From an uncultured Candidatus Saccharibacteria bacterium (GTDB lineage: Bacteria > Patescibacteriota > Minisyncoccia > Phycocordibacterales > PALSA-1337), in assembly GCA_964558375.1 (NCBI GenBank), contig CAZLCD010000001.1:131406-195405 (forward strand): a DNA stretch of 64,000 bases. The letters run 5' to 3'. Made by a program: the position numbers and the translations under genes. Position 1 is the stretch's first letter. Every line of letters starts with the position of its first letter. Positions 48,823 to 58,391 of the stretch are shown piece by piece. Below the pieces are notes generated by a model. That model saw nothing but the letters and a program-made list of their open reading frames with translations. It had not been told where the DNA came from and did not search any database.

Positions 48823-48896
48823 GCGCCTGTAGCTCAGTTGGTTAGAGCATCGAGCTTATACCTCGAGGGTCCCACGTTCGAATCGTGGCAGGCGCA
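48823..48896 (+). tRNA. tRNA-Ile (anticodon UAU)
   Basis: Cloverleaf: acceptor GCGCCTG/CAGGCGC, D-arm GCTCAGTTGGTTAGAGC, anticodon loop CTTATAC, T-arm CCACGTTCGAATCGTGG. Confidence 0.8.
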
Positions 48897-48973
48897 CAAA
48901 AGGCTTGATTTTGATGTGGGGGTGGGTATATAGTGTGTGGTAGTAAACTGCAACAACTTACAACTAAATATTT

Positions 48974-49336
48974 ATGCCAACCGTAAACGTAAAAGTATTG
49001 AAAGCAGACGGCGGTGAAGTTAATTGTTCCTTCGATACAGACTTACTAACTGTGCAAGACTTTGTGGATATTCTAAGTAAAGCTTACACACAAAAGTCCC
49101 TTTTTTCTTTTGAGATGGAACTCTCTAAACTGGAGATTTGTTTCAAATTAATTAACGAAACCCCACCACTTGAAGAGGAAAAATTAAAAGAAATGTTCAG
49201 TCGTGAAAATCGTGGAGTCGTCATTCCTCTTGTTGAATTCGACTCATTCGGGCAATTTATGCAGTATATTGAGATTTCAAGAACAGGTACTTCATTGGCC
49301 AAAGTCAGATTCAGGTTACCCAGCTCACTTATGTGA
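48974..49336 (+). CDS. Hypothetical protein
   Basis: 120-aa ORF with RBS-like context; no motif recognised. Confidence 0.35.
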   Translation: MPTVNVKVLKADGGEVNCSFDTDLLTVQDFVDILSKAYTQKSLFSFEMELSKLEICFKLINETPPLEEEKLKEMFSRENRGVVIPLVEFDSFGQFMQYIEISRTGTSLAKVRFRLPSSLM

Positions 49337-49384
49337 TACTTCGATTGTTCCCCACCTCGCCATGCGTCTGTCCATGGCGACTTT

Positions 49385-51673
49385 TTATTCCCAATGCTTA
49401 ACATCACTTTCTCTAGCTTTTAAATAATCTTTCACTTGAGGATATTTAATTAAATTTATATCTTCTTCAACCAAGATTTTTGCTTCAGTTCTTGCTGCCT
49501 CTACCATTTTAATATTTTGCAATGCTTCCATAGCTATATCAGACATTCCCCATTGTTTGCCACCAGACAATTCTCCAGATCCTCGAAACTTAAGATCATA
49601 TTCTGCGAGTTCAAATCCATTCTTTGCGGTTTTTAAGGCATTGAGGCGGTCTATCGTCTTGTCAGATTTTGTTTCGGCAAAGACATAACAATAAGCTTGA
49701 TCATTGGAACGGATCACGCGTCCGCGTAGCTGATGTAGCTGTGCCAGGCCGAAACGCTCCGCACCTTCTATGATAATAACGGTGGCGTTCGGCACATTGA
49801 CCCCGACTTCGACTACCGATGTGGCACAAAGAATATTTATTTTGCCCAATTTAAAATCCGCCATCACGCGATCCTTTTCTGCAGGTTTCATTTTGCTATG
49901 AAGTATACCTATTTCATATTCAGGGAAAACTTTACTCTTCAACCTCTTGGCTTCCTCTTTCACTGACTTGGCATTGATCGCTAGTTCTTTGTCTGGATCT
50001 GGTTCATTGATTCTTGGACAGATGACATAGGCTTGTCTTCCCAAATTTAATTCAAGACGAATTTTCTCATAAGTTTCTTCTCTTTTATTTGGTGTTACTA
50101 TATCGGTTATTATAGGTTTTCTGCCATGGGGCATTTGATCTAGTAAAGTAAGGTCTAGGTCGCCATATATTGTCAAAGCCAATGTGCGAGGGATTGGTGT
50201 GGCAGTCATGGATAAGAGATGAGGGACTCTCAGAAAAGAACTATTCTCATCAGCACGCATAAAAGCCTGTTGGCTTTTTGCTATTCTCGGCCCATCGGCC
50301 TGCGAAATGCTTCCTCGAATAGTCTTTTCTGCGAGTCCCTGTATTTCTTTCTGCACTAATGAAGCCCTTTGTTTGAGACCAAAGCGATGTTGTTCATCGA
50401 TGATCACATAAGCTAGATGTTTAAATTTTACAGCTTTCTGTATAAGTGCATGTGTGCCTATGAGGATGGGGATTTCTCCGAGTGCTACCCATTTTAAAAG
50501 TTGTGTGCGAGAAATATCTGTCCAGCCCTTCGGATTTAATTTTGAAGGAAATTTCCTACAGCCACTTCCTGTGATAAGGCCGATTTGAATTCCTAAATAC
50601 GAAAAATATTGAATAAAAGATTCAAAGTGTTGGGTTGCCAATATTTCTGTGGGACACATATAGGCGACCTGAAGGTGGCCGAACTTTCTCTGCACGCCAT
50701 TTTCTTTTGGAGTGGTTGTAACTACGGCGTAGGCAGTAGAGGCGGCTACGGCGGTTTTGCCGGAGCCGACATCTCCTTCAAGTAGTCGAGACATGGCATG
50801 ACCTCTTTTAAAATCTTCTACTATGGTCGCTATAGACTTCCTCTGTGCCTCGGTGGCTTCAAAAGGAAAGCGTTTTATGAACTCATGCATATTTTTCTCT
50901 GATGGTTCAATAATGAAGGCTGGATTTTTCTCATATTGTTTGCGAGTAATCTGCTTTTCTAATTGAATAAAAAATATTTCTTCAAAGGCAAAGCGCTTAC
51001 GTGCAGAAGCTGCATCTTCATTTTTCATGGGCGTATGTATCCAGATCAAGGCGGTCTTGAGACTGGGTAGATTGTATTTTGAGAGAATCTCTTTTGGTAT
51101 CGGATCTGTTATCTGATCCAATATTCCTTCTTTAAAAATTTCGATGATTTTGTGATATATCCAGTTTGAAGTGATACCTCTGGACTCTGGATAAATGGGG
51201 TAGAGGGTATGGTTCTGTCCATCATCTTTAAAAAGTGAATCTCCAACGCCTGTTGGCAATTTATTCACTATCTCTATTTTTGGATTTGAAAAATACAGTT
51301 CCTGAGTTTTTTTTCTTTCCGAAACTTTACCTTCAATCCTCACCAAAGCATTCTCCGCTGTCATCTTCGCAATATATGGTTGATTGAACCAGACGCAATG
51401 TATCTTTCCACTCTCATCTTCTACCCAAGCGTCGGCCATGGCGATTTTTGTTTTGAACCCTTTGCTGGTTTTGAGCTTGGATATTTTTCCAAAAATAACA
51501 GCAGTGTCTCCAGCGACAAGTGAAGAGATGTTTTTGGTTTCGGAAGTGTCTCCATAACGAGCAGGGAAATGATAAAGTAGATCTCGCACAGTCTCTATAC
51601 CGAGCTTTTTTAGAGCGATTTTCTGTGGAGGGATAAGGCGAGCATTGTCTGTAATCAGTGAATCGTATTGCAT
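49385..51673 (-). CDS. recG: ATP-dependent DNA helicase RecG
   Basis: Wedge domain N-terminus, helicase motifs GDVGSGKT, DEQHRFG, 762 aa. Confidence 0.9.
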   Translation of the reverse strand: MQYDSLITDNARLIPPQKIALKKLGIETVRDLLYHFPARYGDTSETKNISSLVAGDTAVIFGKISKLKTSKGFKTKIAMADAWVEDESGKIHCVWFNQPYIAKMTAENALVRIEGKVSERKKTQELYFSNPKIEIVNKLPTGVGDSLFKDDGQNHTLYPIYPESRGITSNWIYHKIIEIFKEGILDQITDPIPKEILSKYNLPSLKTALIWIHTPMKNEDAASARKRFAFEEIFFIQLEKQITRKQYEKNPAFIIEPSEKNMHEFIKRFPFEATEAQRKSIATIVEDFKRGHAMSRLLEGDVGSGKTAVAASTAYAVVTTTPKENGVQRKFGHLQVAYMCPTEILATQHFESFIQYFSYLGIQIGLITGSGCRKFPSKLNPKGWTDISRTQLLKWVALGEIPILIGTHALIQKAVKFKHLAYVIIDEQHRFGLKQRASLVQKEIQGLAEKTIRGSISQADGPRIAKSQQAFMRADENSSFLRVPHLLSMTATPIPRTLALTIYGDLDLTLLDQMPHGRKPIITDIVTPNKREETYEKIRLELNLGRQAYVICPRINEPDPDKELAINAKSVKEEAKRLKSKVFPEYEIGILHSKMKPAEKDRVMADFKLGKINILCATSVVEVGVNVPNATVIIIEGAERFGLAQLHQLRGRVIRSNDQAYCYVFAETKSDKTIDRLNALKTAKNGFELAEYDLKFRGSGELSGGKQWGMSDIAMEALQNIKMVEAARTEAKILVEEDINLIKYPQVKDYLKARESDVKHWE

Positions 51674-51705
51674 TTAGGCATTATACGATATAATCTACTA
51701 ATATT

Positions 51706-51793
51706 GGAACCGTGGTGGAGTGGTCTAACATACCTCTTTGCTAAAGAGGCAGGCCCTTTAAAGGTCTCGAGGGTTCGAATCCCTCCGGTTCCG
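51706..51793 (+). tRNA. tRNA-Ser (anticodon GCU), long variable arm
   Basis: Acceptor GGAACCG/CGGTTCC, anticodon loop TTGCTAA, long extra arm, T-arm GAGGGTTCGAATCCCTC. Confidence 0.8.
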
Positions 51794-51989
51794 CAATAGT
51801 TCTTGAGAATGGCTTTTGCCATTCGAAAGAATTATCGGGAAAACGAGGAGATGAGAAAGCCGGACTGAGCGAAGGCAAAGGAGGCGGGGTCGCAAGCGCT
51901 TTCAGCAGAAAGCGACTTGTGACCGAATCCCTAATATCAATAAAATAGAGCCACTTCCACTTGGGAAGCAGCTCCGGCTTTTGGATCGC

Positions 51990-52376
51990 CTAGCGACTCG
52001 GTTTACCTTGCATATCATCGGTAACCTCGACGAGATTTTGGCGAGTGACTCCACTAATGATTTCGGCTTCGTCCTCACCAAAACAGAAACACTCACCAAG
52101 CTTTGGATAGCCATGCCTTCTCCACCACCTCGCCGCCCATGGCCGATATCTTTCTAGTGTGATAATTGCTCGATCTTGTGGAACACTGAATCCAAGACGA
52201 TTGTGAGTACGTTCTTTGTCACTTATGGCATCACGCTCAAATTCTCCATCTGGATAGCCAAGGTACGGTTCACATGGAAGAGTCAACCAAAGCCATGCTC
52301 GGCGGACTTCAAAAGGTGCTTCGCCTGCTGGTACTTTTGTGATTCTGATTCGCCCGGTTGCTGATTCATCTGTCAT
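51990..52376 (-). CDS. Hypothetical protein of atypical (R/W/G/P-rich, GC-rich) composition adjacent to tRNA-Ser
   Basis: 128 aa; local G+C clearly higher than flanks. Confidence 0.45.
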   Translation of the reverse strand: MTDESATGRIRITKVPAGEAPFEVRRAWLWLTLPCEPYLGYPDGEFERDAISDKERTHNRLGFSVPQDRAIITLERYRPWAARWWRRHGYPKLGECFCFGEDEAEIISGVTRQNLVEVTDDMQGKPSR

Positions 52377-52493
52377 TGTGTAAAGTCCTTTCGGTTAATT
52401 GTTTGTCTAAAGTAGATACTATCAGAATTTTCTGGAATAGCCAAAAATTACCCTAATCGTATAAAAGTACTACGATTGTGGTAAAATAACCCC

Positions 52494-52898
52494 ATGTCTA
52501 CATATAACTGGTACTCACAACTTATCAAACCATCATGGGCTCCACCGAGCTGGCTCTTTGGGCCAGTGTGGACCGTGCTGTATGCGATTATCGCTATCTC
52601 TTTCGGTACAGTTTTTTATAAGGCTTTCACCAAACAAATTCCTTGGATTGTAGCTTTACCTTTTGCACTCAATCTACTTTTCAATTTTATTTTTACTCCA
52701 ATTCAATTTGGTTTAAAAAATAATCTACTTGCATCAATCGACATACTTTTCGTCGTCGGCACACTCGTCTGGGCTCTCTACGCTATCTGGCATGCATCGC
52801 CTGAACTACGCTGGGTCGTCTATGCCAACATCCCTTATCTTCTCTGGGGAACATTTGCTACATGTTTGCAATTAACCATAACTTATTTAAATGCATAA
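52494..52898 (+). CDS. tspO: TspO/MBR family tryptophan-rich sensory protein
   Basis: KPSWAPPSWLFGPVWTVLY signature, 5 TM. Confidence 0.7.
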   Translation: MSTYNWYSQLIKPSWAPPSWLFGPVWTVLYAIIAISFGTVFYKAFTKQIPWIVALPFALNLLFNFIFTPIQFGLKNNLLASIDILFVVGTLVWALYAIWHASPELRWVVYANIPYLLWGTFATCLQLTITYLNA

Positions 52899-52922
52899 AA
52901 ACTATGATTATTTTTATAAACT

Positions 52923-53378
52923 ATGACAAACTCAATATTTGATTTTTTAGGACTTTTTATTTTTATCTCTGGTTTTATTATTGGCCTCGGAGCTGTCACG
53001 GTTATCGATATTCACGGCTTTCTCGGACGAAAATCATCATACTGGACCGAAGCAGCGACGCGAACACATAAGGTTACAAAACCTATGATCTGGGTTGGAA
53101 TCATTCTTGCTATTATTGGTGGTTTGATTTTCTACCGCCATCAGTCTTTCTCGGGTATTCCACTCGTTCATTCAATCTCTGCACTCATCTTAATTGCAAA
53201 TGGATATTTCCTTTCATTCAAAGTTAGTCCGTTTATGTTGCAACGTGAAAAAGAAGGGCGATCTGGAGAATTACTGCCTGCATCATGGCAGAAGAAAATC
53301 ATGATAAGTCTTATTGTTTCAGACATTGGGTGGTGGGGTGGGTTGTTTCTACTTGTTCTATATTTAATTCATCGCTAG
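52923..53378 (+). CDS. Membrane protein (4 TM)
   Basis: Hydrophobic helices. Confidence 0.35.
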   Translation: MTNSIFDFLGLFIFISGFIIGLGAVTVIDIHGFLGRKSSYWTEAATRTHKVTKPMIWVGIILAIIGGLIFYRHQSFSGIPLVHSISALILIANGYFLSFKVSPFMLQREKEGRSGELLPASWQKKIMISLIVSDIGWWGGLFLLVLYLIHR

Positions 53379-53384
53379 ATATTT

Positions 53385-53915
53385 ATGACAAATGTTCCAA
53401 AACAAAAACAAGTTGTAGTTAATGATAAAATGCAGAGAGGATACTGCTACGAACTTTCTGAACCTTTTGGTAAAAATTTTGATCCTGCATTCAAGCCGCA
53501 ACTTACCCCAAAAGATATGCTTAAAATCGGTGTATTTGGTGGTGTCTATATGCGTGATTGTACTAATGAATTTCCAAATGACTGGTTTGTAAATGCAAAA
53601 TTCCAGAAAGAGGGAAGCTATGACCATGACCCAAAACTCAATTATTTTGGTGTTAATGCCTCTCAGCCATTATCAGTTTGGAGAAAGAAAGGTTGGATTT
53701 ACAAAGATGATCCGCGAGGATGGTTTCAGTGGTATTGTCGTTATTATATGGGAAGAAGAATCCCTGATGAAGATGCTCGTCAGATAAGAAGATGGAGAGC
53801 TATACAGAGACATATTGCTCAGGTAAAGAAAAATTGTAACGTAGGAGACCATCATTGTCGTCCAAAGCAAAGACAAGCAATCCTACACTGGGCGTATGAT
53901 AGTCGGAAGTTGTAA
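53385..53915 (+). CDS. Hypothetical Trp/Tyr/Cys/Arg-rich protein
   Basis: GWFQWYCRYYMGRR...RRWRAIQRH; unrecognised. Confidence 0.4.
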   Translation: MTNVPKQKQVVVNDKMQRGYCYELSEPFGKNFDPAFKPQLTPKDMLKIGVFGGVYMRDCTNEFPNDWFVNAKFQKEGSYDHDPKLNYFGVNASQPLSVWRKKGWIYKDDPRGWFQWYCRYYMGRRIPDEDARQIRRWRAIQRHIAQVKKNCNVGDHHCRPKQRQAILHWAYDSRKL

Positions 53916-53988
53916 GACTTGACAAGTACCAATTTATAATATAATTTATAGGAAACTGCACACACAAAATTAAACAGAAAGACATAGA

Positions 53989-54438
53989 ATGAAAAAAGTA
54001 TTTTTTGGTATTTTTGGTATAATTAAAGAATTCCTGACAGGGGAACCTCGCTGGTTCCACCCCTATGGTGGGAAAGTGTTAGTTGTTGGCGTTAACCAAG
54101 AGTATTACTCACCGAGAAAAGAGTTGATATTGGGACCATTGTCAAACTTGGTTAGCATTAGGATTTGTAAACATCCTTCCAAATCTAATTATCTGATTTC
54201 TTACGAAATTAGTCACCCTAAAGAGCCCTCGACTGATAAAGGGAGGATCGAGATGTCTGATGTTGACTTGAGAAGAGCTTTCGGATTGTCAGAAGACCTC
54301 GATAGTGAACATAAGGTTCCAGGCAAGTTCATTCGTTCCGGTGACTACTTGCATATTATCTCAGGGTCTTCTCAAGACCCTGGTGTCTTCATTCATCTCG
54401 ACAACAAAATTAAAAAAGATGTTGAGATGTTACTCTAA
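53989..54438 (+). CDS. Hypothetical protein
   Basis: ORF followed by strong terminator. Confidence 0.35.
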   Translation: MKKVFFGIFGIIKEFLTGEPRWFHPYGGKVLVVGVNQEYYSPRKELILGPLSNLVSIRICKHPSKSNYLISYEISHPKEPSTDKGRIEMSDVDLRRAFGLSEDLDSEHKVPGKFIRSGDYLHIISGSSQDPGVFIHLDNKIKKDVEMLL

Positions 54439-54443
54439 ACAAT

Positions 54444-54500
54444 CCGAAAAACTTTCGGGGCAAAGGCGAAGAACTAACCATTCTTCGCCCCTCTTTTTTT
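54444..54500. terminator. Tandem hairpins + T-run between convergent genes
   Basis: CCGAAAaacTTTCGG and GGCGAAGAA-ctaacca-TTCTTCGCC then CTCTTTTTTT. Confidence 0.55.
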
Positions 54501-54507
54501 ACTAAAA

Positions 54508-54885
54508 TTATTTAATTTCTTGACCCAACTTATTCCACGCTACATAAGAGACTATCAGTATCGCTATCGCAATGACAGCTGGCAGAAGCATGATACCGAA
54601 ACCATCTACAACCCAGATACTTATAAAAGCAGATAGGAAATCAATCATGAACCCTGCATATGCCCACTCTTTAACTCTCTTTGGAACTTGTGGAATGATC
54701 AATGCAAGAGAACCTAAAATTTTAAAGACAGTTAGAAGAGTTACGAAATACAAAGGATAACCCAAATGTGTTATGCCTTGTATAGACATTTCGCTCTGAG
54801 AAGTGAAAGCTGGCATTACTCCTTCGAATAAAAATATTAAACCAGTCGTTACCCAAAAAATTATTTTATATTTTTTCATATTCAT
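54508..54885 (-). CDS. DoxX-like membrane protein
   Basis: 125 aa, 4 TM, DoxX-like layout. Confidence 0.45.
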   Translation of the reverse strand: MNMKKYKIIFWVTTGLIFLFEGVMPAFTSQSEMSIQGITHLGYPLYFVTLLTVFKILGSLALIIPQVPKRVKEWAYAGFMIDFLSAFISIWVVDGFGIMLLPAVIAIAILIVSYVAWNKLGQEIK

Positions 54886-54922
54886 TATTGTAGGGTTTTA
54901 ATAAACTTAATTCAAGTCTCTC

Positions 54923-55609
54923 TCATTTCCAATCAATTTCCTCTAGTTCATGATTCTTCAAATACGCATTCGCTTTACTAAAATGTTTACAACCAAAGAA
55001 TCCACTATAAGCCGAAAAAGGAGAAGGGTGAGCGGCTTCAAGGACTAGATGTTTACTACGATCAATGATCACGCCTTTATTCTTCGCATAATTCCCCCAA
55101 AGCATAAAGACAATATGTTCGCGCTCTTCGGACAAAGCCTTGATCACCGTATCAGTAAATATTTCCCAACCTTTTTTCTGATGAGATCCTGGGGTCTGTG
55201 CACGGACTGTGAGGGTGGCATTTAGAAGAAGCACACCTTGCTTGGCCAAGCGGGTAAGGTCACCACTTTTTTCTGGGATGATTCCTAGATCTGACTCAAT
55301 TTCTTTAAAAATATTTTGCAAAGATGGTGGAAGGGCAATGCTTTCGTCTACAGCAAAGGCTAAACCATTGGCTTGCTTGGAACCATGATACGGGTCTTGG
55401 CCAAGGATCACGACTTTTACTTTATCGAAAGGGCAGAGGTCGAAAGCGCGAAAAATATCTTTCGGAGGAGGATAGATTTTATTTTTTACATATTCCTCTA
55501 GAACAAAATCGGAAAGCTCAATAAAGTAGGGTTTTTCGAATTCTTTATTTAAAACCTTTTTCCAACTAGGCTCAATGCGAATATTTGATTGCATATTAGA
55601 TGTGGGCAT
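54923..55609 (-). CDS. ung: Uracil-DNA glycosylase (family 1)
   Basis: ILGQDPYHG, GVLLLNATLTV, HPSPFS motifs. Confidence 0.9.
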   Translation of the reverse strand: MPTSNMQSNIRIEPSWKKVLNKEFEKPYFIELSDFVLEEYVKNKIYPPPKDIFRAFDLCPFDKVKVVILGQDPYHGSKQANGLAFAVDESIALPPSLQNIFKEIESDLGIIPEKSGDLTRLAKQGVLLLNATLTVRAQTPGSHQKKGWEIFTDTVIKALSEEREHIVFMLWGNYAKNKGVIIDRSKHLVLEAAHPSPFSAYSGFFGCKHFSKANAYLKNHELEEIDWK

Positions 55610-55645
55610 AAGCTAATCTTAGTGTTTATGTTAGAATCTAACAAT

Positions 55646-56257
55646 ATGAAAGTATTCTATATAATTCTCGGTATTATAGCATTATCCATCGCTTCTTATT
55701 TTATCTTTTTTAAAGAGGATAAAATCACCAATTATCCTTCGCGGGGCACAAACATTATTGCCTTTGGAGATAGTCTAGTGCAAGGAGTCGGCGCGGCTGA
55801 GGGAGCAGACTTTGTATCTCTACTTTCAAAAGAAATAGGAGAGCCTATTGTAAACGCTGGCATTAGTGGCAATACAACTATAGATGGCTTGGCTCGACTT
55901 GAGAAAGATGTTCTGTCCAAGAATCCAAAGATCGTGATCTTACTTCTTGGTGGTAATGATTATCTTCGTAAAATCGACAAGAAAATAACTTTTAATAATC
56001 TGCAAAAAATGGTAGATGAAATACATAAAGCAGGATCAATGGTTCTGCTTCTGGGGGTAAGAGGAGGATTGCTTCGAGATACATATAGAGGAGACTTCGA
56101 TGATTTTGCAAAAAGAAATCATGTGGCCTATGTTCCAAATGTTCTAGATAATATTCTTGGAGACGCCGAGCTAATGGCTGATCAGATCCATCCCAACGCT
56201 TCGGGGTATAAAATTATTGCAGCCAAGGTTGCGTCTGTATTAAGGAAACTGCTATAA
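55646..56257 (+). CDS. SGNH/GDSL hydrolase
   Basis: GDSL block (IIAFGDSLVQG), GGNDY block, DQIHP block; N-terminal signal/TM. Confidence 0.75.
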   Translation: MKVFYIILGIIALSIASYFIFFKEDKITNYPSRGTNIIAFGDSLVQGVGAAEGADFVSLLSKEIGEPIVNAGISGNTTIDGLARLEKDVLSKNPKIVILLLGGNDYLRKIDKKITFNNLQKMVDEIHKAGSMVLLLGVRGGLLRDTYRGDFDDFAKRNHVAYVPNVLDNILGDAELMADQIHPNASGYKIIAAKVASVLRKLL

Positions 56258-56267
56258 TGCCTGTATT

Positions 56268-56582
56268 ATGATAAATACATTATTTGCAAATTCACACGGT
56301 GCTTTTCCAATGTTTGGGCTAGGCTTGGGACTATTCACTATGGGTGCGCTTTTGTTTTTTGTTCTTATGTTAGCTGTAGTTGCTCTCAAAGGCTACGCTC
56401 TATGGCATGCAGCAAAGAGAGATGAAAAGGGTTGGTTTATTGCACTTCTTTTGATCAATACTATCGGAATCTTGGAACTTGTATATCTATACTTTGTTGT
56501 TGGCAAATGGAAAAATCCTTCTAGTGAATCTTCTAGTACGCAATCGTCAAGCACTCCACATCAAGATAGCCAGCCTCAATAA
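56268..56582 (+). CDS. Small 2-TM membrane protein with Ser-rich tail
   Basis: Hydrophobic helices. Confidence 0.3.
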   Translation: MINTLFANSHGAFPMFGLGLGLFTMGALLFFVLMLAVVALKGYALWHAAKRDEKGWFIALLLINTIGILELVYLYFVVGKWKNPSSESSSTQSSSTPHQDSQPQ

Positions 56583-57168
56583 GAGTTTTCTTGGCTTCAT
56601 TTAATGTACTGCCTGTTGTTGTAACATCATCGATAATGATGATGTTATTTTCAATTTGAATTTTATTTCTTACTTCAAAAATATTCTTAACATTAACCAA
56701 TCGCTCGCTCCTATTTTTCAAAGTCTGCTTCTCTATATCCTTTATTCTAAATAATAAATTAAAATTCTTTACAAATTTACCACCTGTTTCTTTTTCTGTA
56801 TCTAATTTAATAATCTCATCTATTAGTAACTCACATTGATTGTACCCTCTCTCTTTTCTGCGATTCTTGGATATAGATATAGGGATTAAAGTGGCGCCAT
56901 GAGGATATCTGAATTTCAGTTCATTGTACAAAGCGTAAGCAGCGATTTCTACAGCATGTTTGTCCTTTTTATACTTGATCTGCCATATAAGTTCTCTCAC
57001 CAGAGGGTTTTTGTAAGAGAAAATAGAAAATTGCGCGGCATCCCTGTATTTCTTTAAAAAATCTGCAGGGGAAAGCTTTCTCAATTCTAAAACGAATTGA
57101 TTGGGTGGAAATAAAAAGTCGATAATAGCAACAACGCCTTGTTTTAAAAAATATACAAATCTATTCAT
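56533..57168 (-). CDS. comFC: ComF-family phosphoribosyltransferase-domain competence protein
   Basis: PRTase motif IIIIDDVTTTGSTL. Confidence 0.7.
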   Translation of the reverse strand: MNRFVYFLKQGVVAIIDFLFPPNQFVLELRKLSPADFLKKYRDAAQFSIFSYKNPLVRELIWQIKYKKDKHAVEIAAYALYNELKFRYPHGATLIPISISKNRRKERGYNQCELLIDEIIKLDTEKETGGKFVKNFNLLFRIKDIEKQTLKNRSERLVNVKNIFEVRNKIQIENNIIIIDDVTTTGSTLNEAKKTLIEAGYLDVECLTIAY

Positions 57169-57205
57169 TATATGATTTTATACTATATGTTATAATATTT
57201 CACAT

Positions 57206-58321
57206 ATGAATATCTCTTCAATCTTCGCGTCCATATTCTCCGGGAAAAACAAAAGTGTTTTGGGAGTAGATATTGGTTCTTCAGCTATAAAGGTTGTTCA
57301 AATCAAGAAAAAAAGGGGTAGGGCGGTGCTTGAAACCTATGGTGAACTGGCTCTCGGACCTTATGCTGGCATAGAAGTAGGTAGATCCACCCAATTGCCA
57401 AATGAGAAAATCATAGAAGCTTTGCGGGATATTTTGAGAGAAGCCAAGACTACCACAGTGTCGGCGGGAGTGGCTTTACCATTGTCTTCAAGCTTGATCT
57501 CTTTTATCACCATCCCTCCCGTGGCTGACAAACAAATGGCTGACGTTATAGCCATCGAAGCTCGCAAATACATACCGGTACCTATGAATGAGGTAATGCT
57601 CGATTATTCTCTTATACCTCGAGAAGATACATATTCTACAGATGAGACTAGTCCCCAAAATCAGGTTCAGAAGCAAAGCCAAGACGTGCTTGTGATTGCC
57701 ATACACAATGAATATATCAACAATTATCAGACTATCACGAAAGGTTCAGGCCTAGATACCTCTTTTTATGAAATAGAGCTATTTAGTTCTATCCGCGCGG
57801 TTGTGGATCAAGGTATACAAAGTGTCATGATTATCGATATGGGTGCGCACACCACAAAGCTTTACATAATCGAAAGAGGTATCCTTCGTGCTTCTCACAT
57901 TATCAATCGAGGTTCTCAAGATTTAACTTTAGCTATTTCAAAATCATTAACCTTAAATATCAATGAAGCCGAAAATCTCAAAAGGGTTCACGGACTCAAA
58001 GGTGGACCAGAATACAAAGAATTGACCGAGATAATAACCATCAACCTTGACTACGTTTTCTATGAAGCCAATGCCACCTTGCTCAATTATCAGAAAAAGT
58101 ACATGAAAAATATAGCCAAGGTCATTCTCACTGGAGGTGGAGTCTTACTCAAAGGCTTTGTAGACCTTGCTCGTATAAGCTTTCAAACCGAAGTGGTGTA
58201 TGCAGACCCTTTTGGTCGATTAGAGACACCGGCATTCTTGGCTGAAGAGTTTTCTCAGGCAGGTCCGGAGTTCGCGGTAGCTATTGGTTGTGCCCTAAGA
58301 AGGCTTTCCGAAATCGAATAA
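57206..58321 (+). CDS. pilM: Type IV pilus assembly protein PilM (actin-like)
   Basis: VLGVDIGSSAIKVV actin-fold N-terminus. Confidence 0.7.
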   Translation: MNISSIFASIFSGKNKSVLGVDIGSSAIKVVQIKKKRGRAVLETYGELALGPYAGIEVGRSTQLPNEKIIEALRDILREAKTTTVSAGVALPLSSSLISFITIPPVADKQMADVIAIEARKYIPVPMNEVMLDYSLIPREDTYSTDETSPQNQVQKQSQDVLVIAIHNEYINNYQTITKGSGLDTSFYEIELFSSIRAVVDQGIQSVMIIDMGAHTTKLYIIERGILRASHIINRGSQDLTLAISKSLTLNINEAENLKRVHGLKGGPEYKELTEIITINLDYVFYEANATLLNYQKKYMKNIAKVILTGGGVLLKGFVDLARISFQTEVVYADPFGRLETPAFLAEEFSQAGPEFAVAIGCALRRLSEIE

Positions 58322-58391
58322 TTATCGATCAATAGATATACACATACAACCTATCGATATTTCTTTATTATTTTAGTATACTTAGGTTTAA

